Source of the DNA: Eledone cirrhosa
Lineage: Eukaryota
DNA length: 64,000 bases
NCBI GenBank assembly: GCA_964016885.1
Contig: OZ024740.1
Location: 145,018,001 to 145,082,000, forward strand
Reading direction: 5' to 3'
Below are positions 1 to 12,765 of the stretch, piece after piece. The notes below the pieces were generated by a model. It saw only the letters and a program-made list of their open reading frames with translations. It had not been told where the DNA came from and ran no database searches. Numbering within the stretch: the first letter of the stretch is position 1; the number at the start of each line of letters is the position of its first letter. The translations under genes were made by a program, and so were the position numbers.

Positions 1-1638
1 ACATTGGTTGCGTCACCGTCACTCTGCAAAGCATCCTTAAGATGAGCGTATTGAACCCTCTTAGTTCTTTTTGATGGGTACGTATGTACAGAAGACGTTC
101 CGCTTCAATCTTTGCGTACATATCAACCAAGAACTGGTTTGTCACCTCTTTGAACCTAAGTAGTTGGTTGAATTGACCGTCTCTCATCATGAGTCGGTAT
201 GCATAAAAATCCATGCCGGAAACTTTCTTTGGTAAAGCAGCAAGACTTTTCAGATCAATTGTGGGAATCTCGAAGTTGTAGCCGTCCTCGCCGTAGGGAA
301 AAAGAAGAGGGTACTGCAAGTAATCGTACGACTGATAGGTTTCTGCAACGAACGTCAGTCTGTTATTGCGATGCTGAATGTCACGTGCTCCATGATTTTC
401 GTTAACCATGATTTCTGCTACCTCGTTGATAGTTGGAGCGTTGAAACATCCAGGATGCCCACCCGCAGGTCATCTGTCAGCTCTGATGACCAATTTCATC
501 TCATGTCTAGAGTCCAAAAGCTCCAAAGCACTCTTCAAGTCACGGACGTACGGATGGGTTACATGGAGCATAGTTTGAAGTTCCGCAACAATGTTCCCAT
601 CAACAGATGAATTGATCTTGCATCTTTGGGAAACTTCCTCATCATTCCCGTCCATGAAGAATATCTGAAGGAATTTAGGCTCCTCGCCTAGCTGTGGGTG
701 AAGGCTTCCCATTAGGTGGTAACACTGACCTTGAATTTTGTAAGTGTACAGTTTTTCTTTCTTTCTTCGTTGTTGTCACAATTGCTGGCGACACCGGTGT
801 TGTTGCTGTTGTTGTTCTTTTTGTTGTTCTTTTTGTTGTTTCTGCCATCCCTTACACCAAATGATGTCATAGCAAAGCATGAATTGTATCTCCAAATGCT
901 TTTGCGAAACTTCACTCCGTGGTCAGAATTACCAGTGAGAAGATTTTCCAGCAAGTCAGGAGGATCAGCCAGCGCCTGAAGTCGAACTTTGCCCCCGGAA
1001 CAGCAAAGATCTGGAGCCTCACCGACCCACTTCTTAGCCCCACAGGACTGACACACCTTATCCATTTTTCCAAGAGCCAACTCCGGGTGATTGGTGTAAT
1101 CATCAGAAGGATTGTAGTTAAAGCCAGCTTTTAAGCAAAAAGTATCCCTTGTAGTAGCAGCATTTTCTTGAGGTTTACGCCGTCTACCTGCCAGCCTTTC
1201 TTCCCTTGCCTCCGGAGTCTTGTTGAGACGTGACAGTTGGCGTTGATTGCGGTCGGCAGCAAGACAGGCCTTCCTTGCCTCCGGAGTCTCCTCGAGACGC
1301 GAGCGTTGGTCGCGAGTGCGCTGGGCAGTAATACGGGCCTCCCTTGCCCCTGGGGTCTCGTTGAGACGTGAGCGTTGGCGCTGAATGCGCTGGGCAGTAA
1401 GATGGGCCTCCCTTGCCTCCGATGTCTTCTGGAGTTTTAAAAAAAACTGAATGCTTTAACTCGGCCACTACTGTTTTACAACTTCTCAAAACAGAAATAA
1501 TATTTTTATGGAGATAAAAGAAGCAAAACAACAAAGGATATCGATAAAAAAACGTACCTGCGCACGCACCTCCATTCTTCGCAATTTATGGGCTTTATTT
1601 CGTTTAGAAGAAAATACTGGTCGTTTTCGGTTAGGCAT
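1..1638 (-). pseudogene. Helitron Rep/helicase N-terminus, spliced (exon 1638-1558, intron 1557-1429, exon from 1428), with 23-aa STPR-like repeats
   Basis: ATG at 1638; donor CAG|GTACGT; acceptor TTTTAAAACTCCAG|AAG. The join is phase 0 and the frame stays open into the Zn motif (same frame as ORF 712..1080). Frameshifts and stops follow downstream. Confidence 0.75.
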
Positions 1639-1894
1639 ATCGTATAACGATACTATAGAAGCAGTGTAAAAGTATTTTAGGTTAAATACTGAACCACTGA
1701 GAGCATGTAGTCGTTTCAATAAAAAGAGGCATTGAATGTAAAATGCTAAGCTAAAAGTCAAAATTAATGTCATTGTTTACGTATAATGAATTGGAAATGC
1801 TTCACTAATAGATGGATATAAAAGTATTTTAGGTTAAATAGTATAGGGAGGTGTGTAGGATACATACATACATACATACATGCATGCATACATA

Positions 1895-3583
1895 AATGGA
1901 GTTTGGCCAAGATAAATGCTCATACATGACTGTAAAGCGGGGAAAAACAACAACCCAATCTAGCAACATTGTCATCAATGGCCTAACTGTTTCACCGATA
2001 TCTGATGACTGTTACAGATACCTGGGGATAGATAACATATCCTATAATGGTATCTGTAATAAAGAACACGTAACCAGGGAATACTACACCCGATTAAGAA
2101 AGATCTGGTCATCGGAACTCTCTGCGCAAAACAAAATGGTGGCTCACAATGTGTTTGCTGTGCCTGTCCTAACACCACCGTTTGGAATACTCAATTGGAC
2201 GATAGACGAAATCCGAGCAGTTGATGTTGGAACTCGAAAAATACTGAACAACACCGGAAACTTCCACATCAACAGTGACATAGACTGCCTTTACTTGAAA
2301 CGTAAGCAGTTAGGCCTCTGCCTCCCATCAGTCCAGACAACATTTGAATGTCGCATCATGTCTCTCCGACAACATCTACGAACCTCGAAGCATAGGAGCC
2401 CGTTTCTCGAGCAAGTCTATCTGCATGAAACAGATAAGATCATGAGAGTTGGGAAGGAACTCCTTGAGAGATATTCCCTGTGTGATAATCAAAAACTCAC
2501 ACCCAGGGATGTCGCTCAGCAGTATCGCAGTGAATCCATGGATGAAAAACTGCATGCCTATCAGCAAAAAATCAGGCATGGATATGTTGCCAGGAAGCTC
2601 CAGAGTAAGAGTAATATAGATAAGGAAAGTAGTCTATCTTGGATCAACAACCGCTATATTGGCTCCCACTTTGAAGGATACGCTTTTGCAATGCAAGAAC
2701 AGGAGATTAGCACGAAATACCTGATTCACAAAAGAGATAGGGATGCAGGCAAAACACCTAGATGTGATAACAAGTGTAGACTCTGCAGAACTAACATTGA
2801 GGATATCACCCATGTCATCAGCAGTTGTCCAAAGATGTCATCGAGGTACTATCTACCTATGAGGCATGATGTAGTGGCCAAAACACTGTACAATGCAGTT
2901 CGTAAAAAGATAGCCCCGATAATAAACACATTAAAAGCTACAACAATGTGAAAGACATCCATGTACATAATATGAAAGAGTACTGGTGGAATGTTCCAGT
3001 AAAAACCCCAATAAAATGCAGCCATAACAAACCAGATATTATGATATGGGACAGGGAGAAGAAAACATGCACAGTAGTGGAAATTAGCTGCCCAGCAGAT
3101 GCCAATATAATATCAAAGATTAGTGAAGAGGAGAATATTTATGCAGAACTGATGAGAAATCTGCAGATACTCCACCCTGATTACACCTTCAGATTTATGC
3201 CTGTGATTATTGGGGCACTGGGATATGTTAGTAACTGCCTCAATACAAATTTTGAGAAGCTGGGCTTCACAGGAACAGAAAGAACACAACTAGTTAGGAA
3301 ATTACAAGTACAATCCATTAATGGAACAGTAAAAATATGTAAAACATACCAAAAATTTTGCATCTAATAACTGCATATACACATGTACAGATACAAAGCA
3401 TATACACATGCACACATACAACTCAAAACATCCACATCCACACATACAATAACATATCTACACATGCATGCATACATACATATCTACCTAGTTGATGTTG
3501 TGTAAATTCCAATGAATCTTGTCTGTTAGAAACCGACTCTCTCTCTATTGGTAAAACTTTGTGAAATTATAAAACCAGTAAAA
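1895..3583 (+). mobile_element. 5'-truncated non-LTR retrotransposon of the RLE (R4/Dong-like) group
   Basis: RT C-terminus (MEFGQDKC, YRYLGI), CCHC knuckle CRLC...HVISSC, RHD motif, and restriction-like endonuclease KPDIMIWD..VEISCP..PVIIGALG. One frameshift near 2950. Flanked by (CATA)n on both sides. Confidence 0.9.
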
Positions 3584-3715
3584 CATACATACATACACAC
3601 ACACGACGCTCAGTTTTATATAAGTATCGTGTGTGTGTGTGCTATGCGAGCGACGACAGATCAAAGATATATAACACGTTATATATATTATAGATATTAA
3701 CTAAAGTTTGCTGGT

Positions 3716-3789
3716 CCCTCTCTCTCTCTCCCTCTCTCTCTCTCTCTCCCTCTCTCTCTTTCTCTCCATTTCTCTCCCTCTCTCTCTCT

Positions 3790-3830
<41 letters not shown>

Positions 3831-3967
3831 TCACTCTCTCTCTCTCCCTCTCACTCTCTCTCCCTCTCTCTCTCTTACTCTCTCTCTCCCTCTCTCTCTC
3901 CCCCCTCTCTCTCCCTCTCTCCCTCTCTCTCTCTCTCTCTTTCTTTCTCTCTCTCTCTCTCTCTCTG
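3716..3967. repeat. (CT)n microsatellite
   Basis: Direct inspection. Confidence 0.97.
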
Positions 3968-5054
3968 CAGTGTTGTCATATAGGGAGCGAAGAGTGACAG
4001 TAAACCAGTTAAATTATAGAGAGGGGGAATGATCTATTATAGAGAGAGGGAAGAGCGACGGAGAGATTAAAGCTAAGAAACTATAGGGAGGTAAAAATCG
4101 ATAGAAAAAGACCGGTTTTTGGCCCTAGAGACCACATTTAGAGAAGCCCAAGTAGACCTGTCGCTTCCTCCGCACCTTTTACATTGTGTAAATTTTCATG
4201 ACAATCAGAGCATTGGTACTACCCTTTTGCCTGTATCCAGACACGACTCGGACAATTTTCGCCCATTTCACATTTATATAATAGATACATGTTATAGGAA
4301 TTGCAAATGTATTATAGCTTAAAATTAACTGATTCAATGTAGATTTTTACTTGACTATTTTTCATTATCAGAAACCTATGTTGAAGCATTTAACTTTATA
4401 CTTACATGCATTCCAAATTCATAATTCGCTTAACGCTTCCTAAAATATGATATATATCTGATATGTAATCTGAGTTAAATTTGGGAAACATAAAATTCTG
4501 TATTGGTTCTTGGAAGTAATGTTAACTATCTATAACATGGGGTGTGCATTCTGTCTCATTGACTTTTAAGTTTCAGTTGGAATGTCCATGTCTCACAACC
4601 ATATTACAAAACGGATTCAACTACCTTTAAAATTTGAACACCCCTTCTCAGGCCTAGGGTCGAATTCCAGATTGCATTTGGCAGGTCAGTATGCTACACC
4701 TCTTGATGAAGTTTTCTCATATCTAGTGCTGTGGCAACCAGCATATGGATGGATTAACTGACATTATTGACATATTTCATAAGATTGGAAGATCAGCCAA
4801 GATGATATACATGTTATACCACATTTTATTTAGAATAAGTGTACTATATTTCTGAGATGTGACTAAAGTGTTAGCATCAAAAAGGGCACTTGACCATTAA
4901 ACATTGCTTCAAAAAAGCCCTATCCAACATAAAACAATATTTTATAGTATATGCTTATATAATGTACATATTATATGTGACATGTTGGATATCCATTGAT
5001 TCTGATCATGTGTGCTTCTGTTGTACAAACAATGAAATAACCTAAAATTAGTTT

Positions 5055-5275
5055 GCAAGTTGCTGAGCATCCTACAGCCATATGTACTCTTAATGTAGTT
5101 CTTAAAGAGATTCAGCATGGCACATATAAGGCTGGTTCTTTGAATTACAGGTACAACTGTTTTCAGCTGAGTGGACTGAACCAATGTGCAATAAAGTGTC
5201 TTGCTCAAGGGCATGACATGCAACCAGGAATCAAAGCCATGACCATATGATTATGAGGTTGACCACTAAACGAAA
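5055..5275 (-). mobile_element. tRNA-derived SINE with CORE-like GTGTCCTTGAGCAAGACACTT segment, degenerate
   Basis: aaagtgtcttgctcaagg motif is shared with copies near 41675-41925 (+), 53040-53330, 54230-54470 and 54680-54805 (-). Confidence 0.55.
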
Positions 5276-5699
5276 TTCACAATATATATTACATATATAT
5301 TATGTCTCTGTTACTCTAACACCTGTCTGAAAGCAACTGTCTGTCCCTGTCAGGTCTTCCTTACTCACCATATACCCTGCTAAGTATTTTAGCTTAATCT
5401 GTATCCTCCTGGCCTTGAACTGTACTTTTCTACAATCACAATGTACAAAAGCTCCAATTTACATCAGTCTAATCTTCTGAATCTGAGAACCTGTAAATGT
5501 CAAGGTCCTCTGCCATTTTTTCACTAAATATTAATCTTTAATAAACAAACGAATCTCACTTGCTATAGTTCAAGTACATTCCTTATAACCCAGTTGGCTA
5601 AAATCACATTTTTATTTTATATACCAGCATCATCATTTTGTTGTCTGACCTCGTATTTTGGGCATAATTTAACAAGCATAAAAAATACAAGATTAGTTT

Positions 5700-5855
5700 T
5701 GAAGTGGTTGGTGTTAGGAAGGGCATCCAGCCGTAGAAAACCCGCCAGGCAGTCCTATACGAGCAAGACAACCAATCTTGCCTCAAGTGGGAAAACTCCC
5801 GTCCAAACCCATGCAAGCGTGGAAGATGGACGTTAAACGATGATGATGATGATGA
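5700..5855 (+). mobile_element. RTE-type 3' tail fragment ending in (GAT)n
   Basis: ggttggtgttaggaagggcatccagc...aacccatgcaagcgtggaa...ggacgttaaacgatgatgat matches the 3' end of the RTE at 9250-10856. Confidence 0.75.
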
Positions 5856-6873
5856 TTCTGAAATTAAAATGTGTTCTGAATTTTACTGATTGCAAAACAA
5901 AAACAACAAATTAAGATTACTTTTTTGAAGTACTCCATATTTCGGTTCACTGTAAAAGTGTGCATTAATGTTGGAATGGTTGGTCTCCTGACTTTGCTTT
6001 TAGATGTTTTCACTTATTTGTGGACTATAGATTAATTGGTGATATAGGCCTATTCATTCACACTCATTAGCTCACTCACTATCTTATACTCACTGTCTGT
6101 CTGTCTTTTTCTCTTTCACTGTTTCTATTTTATACTTTCGCTTTCGCCCACATGTCGAGACAATGTTAAAAAGGGGAGGTATGTCTGGTTATGTTGTCCT
6201 TAATTCTACCACTACCCCTTTCACCACCCCCTATGTATAGTCAGAAGAAACTTCTTTCCAAACACTACTCTTAGCTAGCATATTCAGGTATTTTAACTAT
6301 AATCCTTTCTGAATCACAAGTGTCTTTGATAGAGGGGAATATTTTTGGTATCTGTAATAATAGGCAATCTTTAGGGGACATTAAAAAAAATCTTATCCTG
6401 TAATGATTTAGCAGAAAACATCTAAAAATAAGTTTAATACAAATGTTTAAAATATCTTTAACAGTGGGCAGATTGTGAACATTTGCAGTGTTAAAGTAAC
6501 GACTTTAATTTTTACTGTGATGGTGTCTTTTCAGCAATGTCTTGCTCATGCAGTTTCATGGTATGTAAGAATATGGTTGCTGTTATTGTAATTTAGTTCT
6601 GGTTATGTTTGAGCAGATCTATAATCAAAGGTGTTCCTGTCATGACCATCCCATCCAGTCTTTTTATATATCTAGCTCTACATTATCCAATGTGTTCTTT
6701 CTTTAACCCTTTTGATACTAATCTGTCTGAAACCACCTCTGTTTTTATGGCACAGATATTCCATTTATGAAGTATTTGTTTAAATTAGCCTTTTCCCCTC
6801 TTATAATTTTATTTAAGACATTTTAAATTTATATTTCAAACATCATTTTAAACTGAAAAAATAGATTATTTCC

Positions 6874-7185
6874 CATATGGGTACATGCTGAAGCATATAA
6901 ACAATATGCCCCCCCCCCCCCCCCACCGCAAGGTGGTCGTGGAGGTGCCACGGCAAAAAAGCACCCAGCCCACACTGTAAAGTGGACGTGTAGGCGCCAC
7001 GAAAAAGCACCCACCACTCACTGTAAATGAGGTTGGTGTTAGGAAGGGCATCCAGCTGTAGAAATCAAGCCAGATCAGTTCCTGTATGAGCAAGGCATGG
7101 TCAGCCGACCAGACACTGCCCACAACAGGACAACCCGTCTAACCCATGCTAGCGTGGAAGAACGGACGTAAAACGGTGATGATGA
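6874..7185 (+). mobile_element. Heavily 5'-truncated RTE copy (3' UTR only)
   Basis: Near-identical to 10538-10856. Confidence 0.85.
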
Positions 7186-9100
7186 ATAATGTAATTATTG
7201 TATACAGTGCTCAGGTGCACTACAACTCATCAACGGTGCATGTATAGTACGTAGAATAATTGTTTCTACTTTTGGCACAAAGCCAGCAATTACCCAGTAC
7301 ATTACTGGTCCTTTATTTTATCGACCCTGTAATGATGAAAGGCAAAGTTAACCTCGGCGTCGGGAAAATGAACAGTGTAGGAGTCATGAAATACATGTGT
7401 GTGTGTGTGTGTATGGAGGGGGGACATCAGGTGTAGTGTTGGTGAATCTTGGGAAGCATGGCGGTTTCAAAGGATGCAGTGTCTCGACAACTAACAACTG
7501 ATGCAGGTAGTTTATTCCATGCTTCAGCAATTCTGAGCATGAAAAAATGTTTCCGAAAGTCATGGGAGCTGTTGTTTTCTAACTTTGTAGGCATGCTCAT
7601 GTGTGTTAGACACATGGAAATCAAAAAGGTGCTCAGGGTTGTTGTTGGCAAGAGGGTTAATGATTTTATGGATGTTTTCCAAGTCAGTTGCCAGACGTCG
7701 GAGCTTCAATGTATCCATGCCCAGGGAAGCAAGGTGCTCAGAGTATGGTAGATGTCTGATGGAGGGTATTCACTTGGTTGCACGTCTCTGAACAGTTTCC
7801 ACGTGGTCAATGTTCTGAGCAAGATAGGGATTCCAGACTGGTGATGCAAATTCTAAGTGTGGCCGCACCACAGCTATATACAGCTTTAAATAGCTGGAGA
7901 GCGGCTGACAAAGGTTTTACTGAATGATGCTAAGACACCCTTGGCCTTCTTGACAATTTTAGAGACGTGCTTCATCCAGCGCAAATTGCTGCTGACATTT
8001 AATGCCCAGGTTACGTTCACAAGAAGACTTCTTGATATTACTTTTGTGGAGGAAGTATGTGGACACTGGGTTTTTACTCCCAAAATTCATGGTGGTACAC
8101 TTGTCCACAGCCAACTTGAGTTGCCAGTTCATGATCCATTGTTGCATTGTGTCCAGGTCTGATTGCAGGAAAGATCTATAGTGTTCAGGATCTATCTTTT
8201 TTATCTCAAGGTACAGCTTGATGTCATCTGCATATTTCAGTACTGTGGCATTCTTTAAGTTGGCATCTGTGTCATTAATATATGCCACAAACAAAAGGGG
8301 GCCAAGAACAGATCCCTGTGGTACACCAGATGACATCTCATACGGTGAGGAATGCTGTCCTAGAACTGTGACTACCTCTTTTCGGCTGAGAATGAAGGAT
8401 TTCAACCAGTTAAAAAGATCATCCTTCATACCCATTGCAGAGAGTTTCGCCATAAGTCTTTTGTGTGGCACAGAATTGAAAGCTTTAGCAAAGTCAAGGT
8501 AAACAACATCCACCCATGAGTCACCATCAGTGTTCCAGGTGATGTCTTCAAGAAAATTGATAAGTTGATCACAGCAGCTGGAGTTAGGGATAAATCCAAA
8601 TTGCGAGGGCCGGATAAGACTGTGAGAGTTCCAGAAGCCCCAAAGTGTTTCTCTGACACAGGATTCCATCAGTCTGGCAATGCAGCTAGTAAGAATGACT
8701 GGATGATAGTTGACAGGTGATGTGTGGACACCCTTTTTGAACAGAGGAATGACACTGGCAGTTTTCCACTGTTCTGGAGTAGCACCGTTGTTCAGACAGA
8801 ATTGAAAGAAGCGTGATAGCTGGTGCAGAAGGAAGTACCCACTATGTTTGAGAAGCAGGTACGTAACACCATCAAGACCAGGAGAGGCATGGTTGCATTT
8901 ATTTTTAAGGTGATGTTGCAGCATTACAGGTGTAAATTCTATAGTTGTAATAGAATCTAATGTCAGAGGTGGTGGAGATGGTACACTTTGTTCCTCAACA
9001 GTGAAAATGCCTGCATAGCATTCAGCAATGAGTTCTGCGCATTCCTTGGGGTCGTCAGTTTCAAAAATGCTATTGCCCATTTTTTCCGTTATGAGGCCAG
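7186..9100 (-). mobile_element. CR1-clade LINE, 5'-truncated, frameshifted
   Basis: ORF 7959..9080 has SPGLDG, YLDFAKAFNSVPH, SGVPQGSVLGPLLF and YADDIK. The C-terminal FRKHFFMLRIAEAWNKLP is typical of CR1. The 3' UTR continues to about 7186. Confidence 0.9.
7257..7361 (-). mobile_element. tRNA-SINE (Nin/Deu-like core) 3' fragment inserted in the CR1 3' UTR
   Basis: Reverse complement matches the 3' half of the SINE at 27530-27720. Confidence 0.75.
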
Positions 9101-9249
9101 CTTATAAGCCGTGTTAGACTATTTTCTGTAGTCAAAATATAGTCAAAATTTCTAAATCAATTTTCAAATTTTTCAATTGCCAGCATATTCTAAACACATG
9201 TGCTTAATAAAATTAATGTACTAAACCCACTCGAGTCATTATTGTAAAC

Positions 9250-10856
9250 ATTTCCCTCTTCCTTGTGAGGCAATTGCAGGAAAAGTACCTAGCTAAAAGT
9301 AAGCCACTCTACTTGGCATTTGTCGACCTTGAGAAAGCCTTTGACAGAGTTCCACGTGCGATAATCTGGTGGGCTCTTAGAAAACTAGGAGTAGATGAAT
9401 GGCTTGTGAAAGCGGTACAAGCCATGTATAGGGGAGCAGTCAGCAAAGTTAGGATTAGCAATGAGTATAGCGAGGAATTTAGCGTACAGGTTGGGGTCCA
9501 CCAGGGCTCTGTTCTTAGCCCTCTCCTGTTCATCATGGTCCTGCAGGCAATAACGGAGGAGTTTAAGACCGGATGCCCATGGGAACTCCTGTATGCTGAT
9601 GATCTCGCACTCATAGCTGAATCTATGGTAGAACTAGAGAATAAATTCCAAACCTGGAAGCAGGGACTAGAGAGAAAGGGCCTCAAAGTCAACATGACAA
9701 AGACTAAGGTCCTTGTAAGTAGACGAGAAAACAGAACCCAGATCCCCTCAGGGAAATGGCCTTGCTCAGTATGTAGGAAAGGTGTAGGTAGGAACTCCAT
9801 TCTCTGCCCCAAATGCAAACAATGGGTACACAAGAGATGTAGCGGGATCTCAGGAAGCTTAATTAAGAATGTAGGATTCACATGCAGCAGCTGTGTTGAA
9901 ACAGCAAGCAAACAGCCACAGGAAACAAGTACCACCAATCTCTGGGAGGGCCCTGTAGAAACAGTAGACAACTTCTGCTACCTAGGTGACCGAATTAGCA
10001 ACGGAGGTGGGTGCTCAGAAAGTACAATAACTAGGGTAAGAACGGGATGGAAGAAGTTTAGGGAACTACTACCACTGCTAGCTGCAAAAGGCTTCTCCCT
10101 CAGAATGAAAGGCAGACTGTATGATGCGTGTATCCGAACAGCGATGTTGCATGGTAGTGAGACCTGGGCGCTGAAGGTGGAAGACTTACGTAGATTAGAG
10201 AGAAACGAAGCCTGCATGCTCCGATGGATGTGTAACAGTAATATACGTGAACGACAAAGCATAAAGGAATTGAGAGAGAGACTGAGCATATGAGGAATCA
10301 AATGCTGCGTGCAGGAGAGGCGGTTACGCTGGTATGGACATGTTATGCGTTTGAAGGATGACAGCTGCATAAAAAGGTGCAGAGCACTAGAAGTTGATGG
10401 AAACCGCGGAGTGGGGAGACCCAAGATGACTTGGGATGAGGTGATAAAAGCCGACCTTACCCAACTACACCTCTCAAAGACAATGACACACGACCGTGAC
10501 TTCTGGCGTCACGCAGTAATACAGGGTACCCGACATCCCATGGGTACATGCTGAAGCATATAAACAATATGCCCCCACTCCCCCCACCGCAAGGTGGTCG
10601 TGGAGGTGCCACGGCAAAAAAAAGTACCCAGCCCACACTGTAAAGTGGACGTGTAGGCGCCACGAAAAAGCACCCAGCACTCACTGTAAATGAGGTTGGT
10701 GTTAGGAAGGGCATCCAGCTGTAGAAATCAAGCCAGATCAGTTCCTGTATGAGCAAGGCATGGTCAGCCGACCAGACACTGCCCACAACAGGACAACCCG
10801 TCTAACCCATGCTAGCGTGGAAGAACGGACGTAAAACGGTGATGATGATGATGATT
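9250..10856 (+). mobile_element. RTE-clade LINE, 5'-truncated, with 3' UTR and (GAT)n tail
   Basis: ORFs 9265..10293 and 10309..10554 have FVDLEKAFDRVP, GVHQGSVLSPLLF, LYADDL, a Cys-rich PHD-like insert (CSVC..CPKCKQWVHKRC..CSSC), HGSETW, RLRWYGHVMR and GRPKMTW. Confidence 0.93.
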
Positions 10857-11649
10857 TCATTAGAGATATGGTAATGAAAGGGTTAAGACGGAAGAGTGTG
10901 ATTTCAGGGATTTGGCTACTATTTTTATAAAGTGGTGTAACCGCATAGAAGCTCCCTTGATGGCCTGTCTAATTGGAAAAAAGCTGTGACTTGATTAGAT
11001 ACGCTTTTTATGGAGCCATTTTTGTTGAGTGACAAAGTTAGTGGAGATGAAACAAATTATGAGAGAGAAATTCCACCTTGGATTTGACTGATTAACCTGC
11101 TAGTAACTGTTTCCATAGGGGACATAAAACTGAGTACTGCAATCATATGACATCAGTACAGATATTATTTACAGTAGAGAAAGTAATTACCATCTAGTAC
11201 CTATTTATAGCAGGTTCACTTGCTTGGTTGAGATAGAATGTAATAAATACATCAATAGGGGGATATATTCCACTGCTTTCTTAGTTGTTTAACTGCTAGC
11301 TTTTAAAATCTGTAAATTTGGATTAGTTCGTCTGCTGAGATGAGAATCCTGATGTTTTGAGAAATGCCACAAGCTTGCATATGACTCCGAGCTGAAAAAT
11401 TCATCATGTCCTTGTGTATTATTTATAGTTGTAAAAAAAAATTGATTTGGGGCTCTTTAAATATTGTGGGCTGCCCTTTTCCATATCTGTGACTGAAAGT
11501 CATCATCAGTTTTCTCACTGTTGTGTTCATGTTTTGTTTCTTGGAGTGTCCCAAATGTTCATTGCCGTGTACACTGTAATATGGTTGGCAATCAAATGGA
11601 GACTGTATAGAGTAGAGAGGACTCATCAGACTGACCAAGTGTATGACTA

Positions 11650-11910
11650 GCTTTCTAGTGCTGGTGCCACAATTAAAATGCACACAGTACACTCTGTAAA
11701 GTGGTAGTGTTGGTGTCATGATAAAATATACCCAGTTACACCCTGTAATGTGGTTGGTGTTAGGAAGGGCATTTAGCCATAGAAGCCATTTTTAATATGG
11801 AATGTATGAGCAGAATGAGTTCTCTTCGACTTGTCTAGTCTCAGACCTTGTCAACTTCTCCAAACCCATGCCAGTATAAAAGGCAATTGTAAAATGATGA
11901 TGATGATGAT
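11650..11910 (+). mobile_element. RTE 3' UTR-derived fragment
   Basis: Contains the ~42-bp repeat units, the ggaagggcat motif and a (GAT)n tail. Confidence 0.65.
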
Positions 11911-12131
11911 CTTTATTTAGCTTACTTGATCTGAGAGGGGGAGAGGACTGGGATGGGAGAGAAGAGTGGTGTATTTGAGAGTAAATATAATGGAATTAGA
12001 GCAGTAACTACTGTGGCCAGGGGAATTCTTGCAAGCCTGGAAAAACTGGCTTTCTTTTTTCTGAGGATTGGCACTAAAATTATAAACAACCAATTTAGCT
12101 AATTGTAGTTTGGTATTTATGTACATTCTAG

Positions 12132-12133
<2 letters not shown>

Positions 12134-12214
<81 letters not shown>
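12134..12214. repeat. (GT)n microsatellite
   Basis: Direct inspection. Confidence 0.97.
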
Positions 12215-12216
<2 letters not shown>

Positions 12217-12319
12217 CACGCACACATACATTTAAAAGTGAAAATTTATATTTCCACAGGCACACACACCAATATGCAGTCACAATGTGACCAGACATAC
12301 ACACACTCACACATTGTAA

Positions 12320-12765
12320 GACCCACCTTTCCATGAGCACAGGCTGAAGCATAAATATAGTATACACATTTACCTCCACCCATTCTTCCATACACCTCCC
12401 ATGAGCACAGGCTGAAGCATACATGTAGTGTGCTCCACTCCACCCCCTTCCATTACTTCCCATGTCCTAACACTCTTCCCCTCATACATGCCCAAATACC
12501 CACCTCCCCAATCCATCATACATATCTCCCACCAAAGTCACCAGCCCACACTGTAAAATGGTTGTGTAGGTGTCATTTCAAAAAGCACCCAGTACACACT
12601 GTAAATGAGGTTGGCATTAGAAAGGGCATCCAGCTGTAGAAACCAAGCCAAAATTAGTTCTGTATGAGCAAGACATGGTCACCTAACCTGACATTTTTCA
12701 AAACTAGACAACTCGTCTAACCCATGCCAGCATGGAAAAATGGATGTTAAATGAGGATGATGATG
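12320..12765 (+). mobile_element. RTE 3' UTR-derived fragment
   Basis: Same motifs as 10538-10856. Confidence 0.65.

Larger units (their letters stand above)
1..4285 (-). mobile_element. Helitron (RepHel), 5' portion; degenerate and running off the window's left edge; interrupted by an RLE retrotransposon and microsatellites
   Basis: Minus-strand translations give the Helitron N-terminal Zn motif (MDKVCQSCGAKKWVGE..LCCSGGKV), RYNSCFAMTSFG, KIQGQCYHLMGSL..PKFLQIFF, YDYLQYPLLFP and QFLVDMYAKIEAERL. Putative 5' terminus A|TCTATTATATAAATGTG at 4285 fits the 5'-TC rule. The extent from 1700 to 4285 is inferred. Confidence 0.8.
6703..10886. mobile_element. TTAA-flanked MITE-like element (TTAACCCTTT...AAAGGGTTAA) split by nested LINE/SINE insertions
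   Basis: Left end ttaacccttttgatac at 6703 and right end ggtaatgaaagggttaa at 10886. Similar ends or bodies occur near 23310, 27765, 30230-30490, 50580-50790, 52500-52720, 52877 and 62115-62240. Confidence 0.55.

Noticed and set aside
1184-1534. 116-aa ORF with GGKGGP..CPAHS repeats as a novel protein
   Set aside because: This is the wrong frame of the Helitron STPR-like repeat.
3708-3983. Low-complexity ORFs (SL, HT, YI, RE repeats; also at 11917, 15544, 32393 and 38518)
   Set aside because: These are translations of microsatellites.
9309-10424. Long antisense ORFs over the RTE
   Set aside because: Shadow ORFs of the RT coding strand.
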